Source of the DNA: Candidatus Saccharimonadota bacterium
GTDB taxonomy: Bacteria; Patescibacteriota; Gracilibacteria; BD1-5; UBA6164
Assembly (NCBI GenBank): GCA_965229705.1
Contig: OZ245922.1
Location: forward strand, 240,001-272,000
DNA length: 32,000 nt
Direction: 5' to 3'
Shown here: in pieces, positions 10,391-20,800 of the stretch
Position numbering within the stretch: the first letter of the stretch is position 1
How the letters are laid out: every line of letters starts with the position of its first letter
Notes under the pieces: generated by a model
Told to the model about the DNA's origin: nothing
Database searches by the model: none
Seen by the model: the letters and a program-made list of their open reading frames with translations, nothing else
Translations under genes and position numbers: made by a program

Positions 10391-10622
10391 AAACTTTGAG
10401 AAATGAGGTACTCTCGTATATAAGAGACCGGTCTCGAAAACGTAGAAATCAATCCGTTCTGGTTCTATCGAACCATATCTCCTTTCAAAAAAAGAGACAA
10501 ATCTATCTTCCCCTCCCTTACTAAGGGAGGGGCTAGGGGAGGGGTGTATATTTTAGAGATGACTTGCTAGAGTCAGAGTAGATGAGAGATTCTTTGTACT
10601 TCTCAGAAATTCTCTGAGGAAG
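10391..10622 (+). repeat. R2: long composite member of the same element family in the valS leader
   Basis: Left end CTTTGAGAAAT (10394-10404). Palindrome module (10424-10435), hairpin module GGTTCTATCGAACC..TCTCCTTTCAAAAAAAGAGA (10461-10497), GC-rich hairpin/G-tract (10510-10544) and a degenerate right end CTTCTCAGAAA (10599-10609). Confidence 0.6.
10510..10544 (+). other. GC-rich hairpin overlapping a four-G-tract (G-quadruplex-type) motif
   Basis: CCCCTCCCTT (10510-10519), loop ACT, AAGGGAGGGG (10523-10532): a 10-bp stem. GGGAGGGGCTAGGGGAGGGG (10525-10544) has four G-runs of at least 3 separated by 1-3 nt. Confidence 0.7.
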
Positions 10623-10651
10623 AAAAATATAAAAGATTTTTGAAAAAATGG

Positions 10652-10688
10652 CTTTACAGATATATTTTTTGTAAAGTTATTTTTTTTA
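10652..10688 (+). promoter_or_regulatory. weak terminator-like hairpin just upstream of the valS start
   Basis: CTTTACA-(11 nt)-TGTAAAG followed by TTATTTTTTTT, ending 13 nt before ATG 10701. The stem is AU-rich and therefore weak. Confidence 0.25.
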
Positions 10689-10700
10689 TCATACAAACAC

Positions 10701-13358
10701 ATGTCCGAATTTCCAAAGAAATATCATCCACAAAGCTTTGAGCAAGATATTTACGCATCCTGGGAGGAAAAAAAACTCTTTCAACCACAAGATAGAGGTA
10801 CAGGGAAGAGCTATTATATTCCTATGCCTCCACCAAATGTGACAGCAGCACTGCATGTATGACATTCTTCGATGCTGGCACTTCAAGATATTATGATACG
10901 CTACCATCGAATGCTTGGTGATGAAACACTCTATCTTCCTGGAACAGACCATGCAAGTATCTCAACACAAGTAAAAGTAGAAGAAAAACTTTCTCAAGAA
11001 GGAAGAGATAAATCTCAAATGACACGAGAACAGTTTCTCGATGAGTGCTGGAAATGGAATACTCTTTATGGATGAAAAATCCAAGACCAATTCCGAACTA
11101 TGTGAGCAAGCTGCGACTGGACAAAAGAAAAATTTACCATGGATCCCGATATGAATCAGCGAGTCATAGATGCTTTTAATCTCCTCTATGAGAGAGGTCT
11201 CATATATCAGTGAGAGTATATGGTCAACTATGATCCCGTGTTGAAAACCGTTGTTTCTGACCAAGAAGTCATATACAAAGAAGAACAAGGCAAACTCTAC
11301 TATATTACCTACTTTGTATCATGAAGTGACAGTGAAGTTACGGTTGCAACAACCAGGCCTGAAACAATGCTCGGCGATGTAGCTGTTGCAGTAAACCCTA
11401 AAGATAAACGCTACAGAAAACTTTTAAGATCAGGAAAGAAACTCATTCTCCCAATAGTCAATATAGAAATTCCTCTCGTTGCTGATGAGATGTGTGATAT
11501 GGAGTTTGGTACCTGAGCCGTCAAGATCACTCCAGCTCACGATGCCAACGACTTTCAACTTGCCAAGAGACACAACTTGCCACTGAATAGAATTGTTCTC
11601 GGAAAAGATGGAAGAATGACGGATATAGCAGGAATATTTTCGGGTCAGGATTTTCTTACGGCAAGACAAAATATTGTAGAACTCCTCAAAAGTAAATGAA
11701 ATCTTCTCTCGGTAGAAAATCATGTCGCAAGAGTAGGTTATGGTGAGAGAACAGGAGCAAAGATAGAAACAATCATCTCAAAACAATGGTTTATCAGTAT
11801 TTCTCCTATAGCAAAAAAAGTTATTTCTGGATACAAGAAAAAAGAGTACCAAATCCTTCCAAAAAAATACAATAAAATATTTGAAGACTGGCTTTTTCAT
11901 ATGAGAGATTGGTGTATCTCCCGACAACTGCAATGGGGACAGAGGATACCTGTATGGTATACCCGGCAGTGAGATATTATCGTCGCGAGAAATCTCGAAG
12001 AAGCTCAAAAAAAGGCAGGCGTATGAGTTGCTCTCTCACAAGATGAAGATGTACTTGATACTTGGTTTTCGAGCGCTTTGTGGCCTTTTTCTACTCTTGG
12101 ATATGAGATATACGACGAAAAACAAAATGAGTTATTTCATAAGTTTTATCCGGCAAATGTATTAGAAACAGGATATGATATTATATTCTTTTGGGTGATA
12201 CGAATGCTGCTGTTTGGGTATGAATTTACCTGAAAAACACCATTTCATACCGTGTACCTTCACGGACTGGTCCGTGATAGTAAAGGGAGAAAGATGAGCA
12301 AATCCTTAGGAAATGGAGTTGATCCTATCGATATGGTACAAAAATATGGGACAGACGCACTCCGAATGACACTGGTTATCGGTACAAGTCCGTGAAATGA
12401 TGTAAAGTTTGATGAAGAAAATGTGGAGAATAATATGATCTTTATCAACAAGCTCTGGAATGCCTGTCGATTTGTTCACGTGAGTAGCGATATCAAAAAA
12501 TTTTCTCTTGATACTACAGAAAAAAAACTCATACAACACTATGATACATTGATGCTTCATGAGAGATGGATACTCTCAAAACTGATGAGTCTTACTCATA
12601 CTGTAAGTGAGTCAATGGAGGGGTATAGTTTTTCAGAGGCAGGTGTCGAGTTGTATCGCTTTACAAAAAATAGTTTTTGCGACTATTACATTGAGGAGTT
12701 TAAACTCACAAAGGATACATCAAAGTATGGACAAGATGTGATACTCTACGCTATACATATACTTCTTCGCTTATGGCATCCCTACATTCCCTTTGTGACA
12801 GAAGAATTGTACCAAAAGCTTGGTTTTACATGAGATCTGATTGTTGCTCCGTGGCCAAAGGTCGTTATAGAGCAAGATAAAGAAGTCGAAAAAGCTCATA
12901 TGCTTCTCACAGAAATCGTTCATGAGGTACGAAAACTCCGAGCAGAAAACAATGTTATGCCAAACAAAACTATCGAGCTCAAGATATACGCAAAAAATAA
13001 AAATGCAGAGATACTGAGATCATGTATAGATGTTATCTCAGGTATTGTAAAGTCTGAGAATACCAAACTGATTGATAAAAAAATATCAGATCCATCGTAT
13101 GTGTATAGTGTAGTAAGGTCGGGAGTTGAAGTGTATGTTGACACATCGAATGCTGTTGATGTAGATGCGGAAAAACAGCGTCTCAAAGAACAAATTATAG
13201 ATACAAAAGAATATATTTCACTTCTGGATAAGAAACTTCTCAATGAGTCTTTTGTCCGAAATGCTCCTCAAGATCTCGTGCGTAGTGAAATGCTGAAAAA
13301 AGAAAAAGCAAAATACAAACTCGAAAAACTTGAAGAAAAAATTCAAAGCTTTGAATAG
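10701..13358 (+). CDS. valS: valine--tRNA ligase
   Basis: Fragments 10872.., 12423.. and 12900..13358 all share the frame of ATG 10701. [15 protein letters not shown] is the HIGH motif, with its Gly encoded by TGA. Also [32 protein letters not shown] (KMSKS) and a C-terminal coiled coil. Confidence 0.95.
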
Positions 13359-13456
13359 AATCTATCATTTACGAAGAAGTGAATAGCTATCTAAATAGAA
13401 GATAGCAGGAAATATTATAGAGGATTGATTACTCTGGGCTTTTATAAAAATATGTT

Positions 13457-14551
13457 ATGAAAATAGGTATTGTCTGACTTCCAAATGTTGGAAAATCAAC
13501 GCTCTTCAATGCGCTGACAAAAAATTATGCAGCAGATGCGCAAAACTTTCCATTTTGTACTATTGAACCAAATGTTGGTATCGTGAATGTGCACGATGAA
13601 AGACTGGAAAAAATCCAAAAAGCAGTCCAAGGAGCAAAGGTCATTCCTGCGAGCTGTGAGTTCACTGATATTGCCTGAATCGTGAAATGAGCCAGTGAAT
13701 GAGAGTGAATGGGGAATAAATTTCTTGCTAATATACGAGAAGCAAGTGCTATCTTGCAAGTAGTACGAGTTTTTGAGAACAATGATATTACTCATGTTCA
13801 TGGGGAGCTGAATCCCAAAAATGATATCGAGGTTATCAATGCTGAGCTCATACTTGCAGATATCGAAACTCTAACAAAAAGAATTGCTGGAGAGTCAAAA
13901 AAAGCTCGATGAGATAAGGATATTGCCGCAAAGGTGGCAACGCTCCAAAAGACTCTTGCAGAGCTTGAGTCGGGAAAACTTGCATGAGACCTCAGTCTGA
14001 GTGATGATGAGCGACTCCATCTCCAAGACTCTCATCTCCTCACAAATAAGCAGTTTATATATGCCTGTAATGTGAGTGAGGATATGATGGACGCGAGTGA
14101 GCAGGAACTCAAAAAATATATGTGATTCAATACTGATACTGAACTCAAAGGGAGAGTCGTGCCGATTTGCGCGAAACTCGAAGAAGATATGATAGAGATG
14201 TCGGGGGAAGAGAGGAAGGCGTTTCTGGATGATCTGGGTCTTGTTTCCACCGGTTTAGATAGACTCATACAAGCCAGTTATGATGCTCTTGGCCTTCAGT
14301 ACTACTTTACTGCTGGAGAGCAAGAGGTTCGAGCGTGGACAGTAAAGAGATGAGCAACTGCTTCCGAGGCAGCATGAGTGATACATACAGATTTTGAAAA
14401 GTGATTTATCAAAGCTGATGTCGCTCTTTGGTCTGATATTGTGGAGTTTTGATGATGGTCTTGAGCGCGAGAAAATGGAAAAGTAAGACTAGAGGGAAAA
14501 GACTATATTGTTCAGGATGGAGATGTCATCCTCTTTAAGTTTCAGAGTTAG
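13457..14551 (+). CDS. ychF: ribosome-binding ATPase YchF
   Basis: [21 protein letters not shown] (P-loop Gly is TGA), [47 protein letters not shown]. Fragments 13709.. and 14159.. are in frame. TAG 14549-14551. Confidence 0.93.
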
Positions 14552-14697
14552 GAGAATGTAGAAAAACTTCGTATTTCATCGTCAAAATCTAATATTGTCT
14601 TCAAACAAGTACAGTGAATACGCTTATTTCATCCAAATTGATTTTTCCTTGAATTACTTGTTTTTACACATTTTCTATTTTTCTATGCTTCCCTAGA
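14552..14697 (+). repeat. copy A of a ~145-nt structured intergenic element (candidate ncRNA or 3'-UTR element)
   Basis: Aligns without gaps to 21704..21849, roughly 85-90% identical by eye. Begins immediately after the ychF TAG. Nested inverted repeats 14557-14566/14678-14687 and 14584-14597/14634-14645. Confidence 0.8.
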
Positions 14698-14750
14698 GCC
14701 CACTTTTTTTTACAAACCTCCTATTGCTTGCAAAACTTTGCAAGAAAAAA

Positions 14751-15677
14751 TCATTCACTATACCTACTTGGATCAATACGGAGACAGTTTTTTGCTATTT
14801 CCTTTGTATAGCACTTTTGTTCAAAGCGAACTCTTGGCGATGATAGGAGAAAATAAGGATTTTTTGGAATATCTATTTTTTTCAGATACAGCTCAGGATG
14901 CTTCATAAGTATATCATCTACTACTTCTTCATTTTCTTCTGGGGCAAGCGTACAAGTTGTATAAAGCATTTCTCAGCCAGACTTGAGAAGTCTCGAGAGA
15001 CTCTGGCATATATCTTTTTGTCGATGAGAGTTTTGTTGTACATGTTCCAGAGACCAAGATGCAAGAAATTTTGTGTTATGCAGACTGAGTCATCACTCTC
15101 CACTACAAGGAGCATCTATCAAAATTATATCATAGAAAGCATGGTTTTTTTGAGCAAACTTTTGCGCTGTTTGTTGTAGAGGTTTTACATTTTTGGCTCA
15201 GAGCTTGAGGAGGTTGTATCAGAGTTTTTTATAGCGTATGGGATGAGGTTCGAGAGCGTGTATTTCTGCACTTGGAAACAGCATAGAAAGCAGTGAAGTT
15301 TTTCCTCACGGTGCTGCGCAGGCATCAAGAATCTTGAGATTTGCATCTGGATACTTGGTAAATATATGTGCTGGAAGTTGGCTAGAGAGTCATTGGAGAT
15401 ATATTTTTCACTGCTTGTATATATCGAGATTCCAGAGCGTTTTCTCTCAAACATCTTCCTGCAAAATATATGCATATCTTGGGAAAGATATTTTTGTGAA
15501 AGGTATATGATGCTTCTCAAGTGCTTGTTCTACTTCTTCAGCTGATGATGTGAGTGTATTGACCCGAAAACTTACTGGTCTTTGAGCTTGCTCAAAAACT
15601 TGTTGCAAACGACTCATCTCTTTTTGAGAGTAGATCTCAACCAGTCGAGACGCAAGATCTGGAGGAAGTATGTTCAT
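14751..15677 (-). CDS. rRNA (cytosine-C5)-methyltransferase, NOL1/NOP2/Sun (RsmB/RsmF-like) family
   Basis: Fragments 15447..15677 and 14751..14969 are in frame (927 nt). Code-25 reading gives KIYLQ-G-LSSQLPA...KILDACAAP-G-GKTS...ILIDAPCSGE...MLYTTCTLAPEENEEVV. It lacks the N-terminal NusB-like domain of full-length RsmB. Confidence 0.88.
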
Positions 15678-16324
15678 AGTCGTTTTTTGTAAAAAGAAAT
15701 TTTTTCAGTGACAAATATATATCTATCATAGTCAGGATAATGCTTGTGCCAAAGGATATCTTGTACTTTTGCGAGATAGTAGGATATACTTCACTGTTCA
15801 TGAAGCATTCGGTAGATAGTGAATATGAGTATTCACTGCACTAGTATTTCGTTGATGACTCAACTAATAGATCATACAGTGAGGTTATATATGAGAAACA
15901 TTTGCGACATACAAATCATGGCAATTCTGAGAGGGACTTTTTCTAAGAAGAAAAAGGCGTAGGCTCATAGAAGAGAGGCAATAATCGGTATAGATGATAG
16001 TAGGGAGTCAACGGTGAAGTATCAAACAAATAGAGTTAATGCGACAATTCAGATAAAAGCTTTCATATCTTTTTCATACTTTGTGGAGACAATGATTCTG
16101 ATAACCCATATAATAACGGATGCAAGAGCAGAGTAGACTCATAAGAGATAAAAATGTGCTCACCAGAAAAATGCTGAGAGGAGCATGAGTTTTTTTACTA
16201 GAGCATCATCTTTTTGGAACATAGCTATCATGATGATAAACATCGCTACAAAACCTGATATTTGGGTTATAGGGTCCCTCATAATATATCCCCAGAGTGA
16301 GAAGATGTATTCAGAAATAAACAT
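15572..16324 (-). CDS. ygjV: YgjV-family inner membrane protein (C-terminal extent uncertain)
   Basis: Checked codon by codon from ATG 16322-16324. FQKDDALVKKLMLLSAFFW-G-AHFYLL-G-VYSALASVIIWVIRII and PLRIAMICMSQMFLIYNLTV-G-SIS-G-VINEI resemble E. coli YgjV. The first TAA/TAG in frame is at 15572-15574. An in-frame TGA at 15674-15676 coincides with the ATG of the next gene. Confidence 0.7.
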
Positions 16325-16377
16325 AAAAAAATACTTATATATAATCTATAAAGTATTTAATCATTATTTTATAATAA

Positions 16378-16390
16378 AGTCAAATATTTT
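16378..16390 (-). promoter_or_regulatory. AAAATATTTGACT motif upstream of ygjV
   Basis: Minus strand reads CACAAAATATTTGACTTTATTATAAAATAATGATTAAATA, about 55 nt upstream of ATG 16324 and just downstream of the dedA terminator. Confidence 0.3.
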
Positions 16391-16404
16391 GTGATTTTCT
16401 TTTA

Positions 16405-16440
16405 GAAAAAATAACCCCGAGGTATAAAAACCCCAGGGTT
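16405..16440 (-). terminator. rho-independent terminator after dedA
   Basis: Minus strand reads AACCCTGGGG-TTTTTATA-CCTCGGGGTT (10 bp including G.U pairs) followed by ATTTTTTC, 17 nt after the dedA stop. Confidence 0.7.
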
Positions 16441-16456
16441 CATATTTAGAGCCTGT

Positions 16457-17206
16457 TTACCTTTTCGCATATTTCTCCTCCATCTCTCTATTTTTTTCCT
16501 GCCAATACTCTTGCAACTTTTCTTTTTTATACAGCCAAAAATATCACAAAATAGTTATCAGTATAGCAGTAAAAACCCATCATATATACTTGATAATCGT
16601 TTCATAGTACTCTGCAAAAAATATTCCTACTACGATAAAAGTCGTTGCCCAAAGTGTTGAGGCGATGACATTTGAGATCCAAAACTTATATGTACTAAAC
16701 CCCATACTCCCAGCAATAAATGGGAGAAAAGCTCGAAAATGTGGATGAAACTTTGAGAGAATGATTCCCCATAATCCCCAAGTTTCTACTCACTTTTTGA
16801 GGTATTTGAGCTCAGTTTGTTCTATCCCGACCCAAATACCATATTCTTGAAAAAATCCTTCTCCATAATATTTTCATAAAAAATATCATACCGCATTTGA
16901 TATTGCAGAACCAACAATAGCAAAACTCAAAACTCAGAGAAATTGTCATAATCATAGTCAGCCATAAAATCCTCCAACAGACATCATAACGAGCTGACCA
17001 GGAATAATAGTTCCAATAATAGGAAGGGATTCAGCAAGAGCAGAAATAAACGCCAGGAGGTAGTTCCATTTTTCAAGAGATTCGATTTGCGTCTTTATCC
17101 ACTCAATAATAGGCAGAAAGATATCAGGATAAAACATCGTAACAATCAAAAATCCAAACATCAAGCACAAAAGACCGATAATCAGAAAGTGAATAATATT
17201 TTTCAT
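16457..17206 (-). CDS. dedA: DedA/VTT-domain family membrane protein
   Basis: Fragment 16958..17206 continues in frame through several TGA codons to TAA 16457-16459 (750 nt). ALAESLPIIGTIIPGQ...YFLGKYYG...SKFHPHFRAFLPFIAGSMG is typical of DedA. Confidence 0.85.
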
Positions 17207-17325
17207 AGTTTTTTATGATGAAAATTGAGTCGAAAAAAATTATATATGAGAGTCTATTTTTACAAGTTTATTTTGATTTACCCTAAAAAACACTTACTAT
17301 CTTGCCATTATTTTTAAAGAGCTTT

Positions 17326-18345
17326 ATGTTATACTCCTATAGCGTTTTACCGAAGAGATATATATTTTTTTGAATATCGTGCGTCTTACTGATATTTTCA
17401 CTATTGATCATCATTTTTTGAAATATCAATCTTGGTATAGATATGACATGAGGAACACGCACACTCTACAGCTATCAAAACTATAGTCTTGATCTTCCCC
17501 TTCTTCAGAGAGAAGCGGAGATAATATCCAAACAGCAAAACGTAGATACAAATATTGTTACGCAGATTTCACTGTATCAGATTTCTGGAGAGAAGAGTTT
17601 TATAGTTGAAGCCTGATTTACCAATAAGATTTCAGAAAAAGAGTTAGAGAGGTACAAAATAGCATTTCGTGACGAGCTATCAGAGAGATTTGCAGAGATA
17701 TGAGATATCTGATATGAGAGTTATACCAATATAGGAGCAAGTTTTGGAGACTATATAAAAAATACCGCAAAACTCACACTCTTTTTAGCAATAATTGCCA
17801 TTGCCGTATATATTGCTTATGCTTTTTCGGGAGCTATATGAGGTATTTCATCAACGAGTTTTGCTCTTATCACTCTTGTGACACTCTTCCATGACGTGGG
17901 TATTTCTACGGGACTTTATATCATGACATCATACGGGTTTCCGGAGTTTCAGGTGGATACATTTTTTGTGACAGCACTCTTGACAATCCTGTGATACTCT
18001 ATTAACGATACGATAGTCGTATTTGATAGGATTCGTTCAAACTTGAAAGAGTTTGGAGGAAAGACAAAAACGCTTGATGAGATAATAGAGCTTTCTTTGA
18101 GAGAGTCCTATACTCGAAGTATATTTACGAGTTTGACGCTGGTATTTGTCCTTCTGTGTATACTATTTTTTGGTCCAGAGAGTATTGGAGGTTTTACACT
18201 GACAATGCTTTTTGGAACGCTGGTAGGTACGTATTCCTCTTTGTTTCTTGCAGCGCCACTTCTCTATGAATTTCACAAAAACAAGACCTTGAGCGTATAT
18301 ATACAGCAGGAGGAAAAATCATTTGATGATACAGTTGTTGTTTAA
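17326..18345 (+). CDS. secF: protein translocase subunit SecF
   Basis: ATG 17326 is in frame with fragment 18043..18345. INLGIDMT-G-GT, LFHDVGISTGLY...FQVDTFFVTALLTILGYSINDTIVVFDRIR, SIFTSLTLVFVLL.ILFFG...GF...LFGTLVGTYSS.FLAAPLL. Confidence 0.9.
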
Positions 18346-18351
18346 GAAAAT

Positions 18352-20106
18352 ATGGCACACAATTACCAAACATATAAAAAAGTTTTATCAAGCTATATAG
18401 AGTCTACAGGAGTTTTTCAAACTATTGGTATAGTTATTTTTTGAGTCATTGTAGCGTTTCTCTGAGTTTTGGAACCGCTGATATTTATAGAAATCATCAA
18501 GAAGATAGAGTCTTTTATGATTAGTGGAGAAATAGATATAGCGTGAACAGTAAAGATTTTTTCTTTTTGGATAGTGTATACAGTTTCTCTTATTATTTTA
18601 ATGTATTGCTATGACTATTTTTGCCTTGCGAAAACGATTATAAAAAACTACCATGATATCAGCTTAGATTACGCAAAAAAATCAATAAAGATGACTATGT
18701 GATCGTATCTTGGAAAACAAGTATGATGACTCTATAAAATACTAGATAGAGGAACAGAGAACCAGTTATTTCTTTTATATTGATCTCTTTTATGAGTACT
18801 GAGAAATATTTTTGGAATCATTTTTATAGCAGTGATTCTTTTTGTTGTTGACTGGAGAATGGCTCTATGAACTTTAGCTCTTGTTCCTGTTGTTATACTG
18901 ATAGGATATTTTATTTTTTCGCGAGTATCTCCAAAACAAATACAACTAGACGAAGTATATATACAGGGTTTTTGAATTATGTGAAATGGTTTGAGTAACT
19001 TTTGACTGACAAAGATTTTATGTATTGAAGGAGTCCTTTATGAGAAAATGAAGAAAATATTTGATGACTCTTTCCAGAAACAACTGAATATTAATAAGTG
19101 ATGGAGTTTGGGGCATGGTTATACAGCATGAGTGGTAATGATATCGAGAATTATCGTTATACTCCTATGACTCTACTTGATAATTCAATGACAAATTACA
19201 TTTTCAACAGTATTTTTATTTTTTTCATATATTTGATATATTTATTTTCCACTTGAGTTTCTTTTTAATCAGCTCAGGCAGTTTCAAAAATATATCAGCG
19301 CGATTGAAATCATGCATAATGAGTTCGATTTTTTGGATTATGAAGATCAATCATGAAAAACTATTACAAAACCGCAGTGAAATATCTCGTTTCACCAGGT
19401 TTCTTTCGGCTATCATAGCGAACAAAGTATTCTGAGAAAGGTGAGTCTTGATATTCATAAAGGTGAACAAGTCGCGCTCGTATGAAATACCGGAGCAGGG
19501 AAGAGTACTATTGTGAATCTACTTCTGAGATTTTGGGATATAGAAGCAGGAACTATTACCCTTGACGGGCAAGATATCAGAAATATCAAAAAATCATCTC
19601 TGAGAAAACATATATGAGTTGTCTCACAAGACAACAGCCTATTTAACCTCTCTATAGAAGAAAACCTCAGATTTGCCAATCCAAAAGCAACAAAGAAAGA
19701 AATAGAAACAGCCCTCAAAAATGCTCAGGCAGACTTTGTTTTTTCTCTGAAACACGGAATAAAAACAGTCATCGGAGAAAGATGACTCAAACTCTCTGGA
19801 GGAGAAAAACAGCGTATATCTATAGCGCGACTTTTTTTGAAAAATCCTGAAATACTCCTACTAGATGAAGCAACAAGTGCTCTTGATAACGCCACAGAAA
19901 AAAAGATAGAAATAGCTCTCAAAAAACTCATGAAGTGAAAAACAAGTATTATTATTGCTCATAGACTTTCAACGATTATGCATGTAGATAAGATATATGT
20001 CCTAGAAGAAGGAAGAGTCGTAGAAGTGTGAAATTATGACCAACTCATGAAACAAAAAGGAAAGTTTTATGCTCTTGCACACCCTGATAAACTTATTTTG
20101 TGATAA
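18352..20106 (+). CDS. ABC transporter, fused permease/ATPase (type I exporter, MsbA-like)
   Basis: ATG 18352, 6 nt after secF. Six-TM N-terminal half, then [16 protein letters not shown] (Walker A Gly is TLA-coded as TGA), [34 protein letters not shown]. Ends TGA-TAA (20101-20106). Confidence 0.9.
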
Positions 20107-20113
20107 CACAGTT

Positions 20114-20788
20114 ATGAACCATCTTGCAATCATCATGGACGGGAATAGACGCTGGGCAAAGTCTCGTTTTCGTCCTGCGATATTTTGACACAAAGCCTGA
20201 GCTGACAATATCGTACGTATCACAGAACTTGCATCAAAAAAAGGAATCAATTATCTCACACTCTGGGCTCTTTCTACCGAAAACCTACAAAAAAGATGAG
20301 ATGAAGAAATACAGGGTATCATCAGCATTTTGAACTCTCTTGAGAGCTATCTCGCAAAAATATGCTTGGAAGACCTCCGATTTTATGTTATTTGAGATAT
20401 TTCTCGTCTTCCACAAGCGTCACAAGACATATTAAAAAGAGTCATGGATACCACAAAGCATAACAAGGGGATTACCCTTACTCTCGCGATTATCTACGGA
20501 GGACAAGATGAGATAGTTCGGGCAACAAAGAAGATCCTCAAAGCAGGAAAAGATCCAGAGTCCCTCACTCAAGAAGAGTTTCGCAGCTACCTCGATACAG
20601 CAAGCTTGCCAGTACCAGATATGATTGTCAGAACAGGATGAGACCTAAGACACTCGGGTTTTCTTCTATATGATAGTGCTTATAGTGAGTACTATTTTAC
20701 AGAGAAAAAATGGCCAGAGTTTGATGAGTCGGAGCTCGATACAACTATAGAGACTTTTCAAGCTTCTCGGAGAAATTTTTGAAAATAA
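20114..20788 (+). CDS. uppS: di-trans,poly-cis-undecaprenyl-diphosphate synthase
   Basis: HLAIIMDGNRRWAK, F-G-HKA-G, LTLWALSTEN, MIVRTG-G-DLRHSGFLLYDSAYSEYYF....WP.F, RRNF-G-K. In frame with fragment 20444..20641. Confidence 0.92.
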
Positions 20789-20800
20789 TATTACAGCATT

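Noticed and set aside
10461-10474. tRNA T-arm-like GGTTC-TATC-GAACC
   Set aside because: The loop is 4 nt rather than the 7-nt TPsiC loop, and no acceptor, D or anticodon arms can be drawn around it. It is one hairpin module of the R-family element. No tRNA genes were found in the window.
10388-10700. T-box riboswitch upstream of valS
   Set aside because: A long structured leader with a terminator-like hairpin invited the idea. However, I find no T-box consensus (GGGTGGNACCGCG-like), no recognisable specifier-loop context for a Val codon, and no Stem I motifs. Much of the leader is R-family repeat sequence.
14552-14910. Open frame continuing in phase after the ychF TAG stop (possible TAG read-through)
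   Set aside because: The extension is antisense to the methyltransferase gene and looks like no known protein. The shared repeat lies in a different phase relative to the upstream stop in copy B, so nothing supports read-through.
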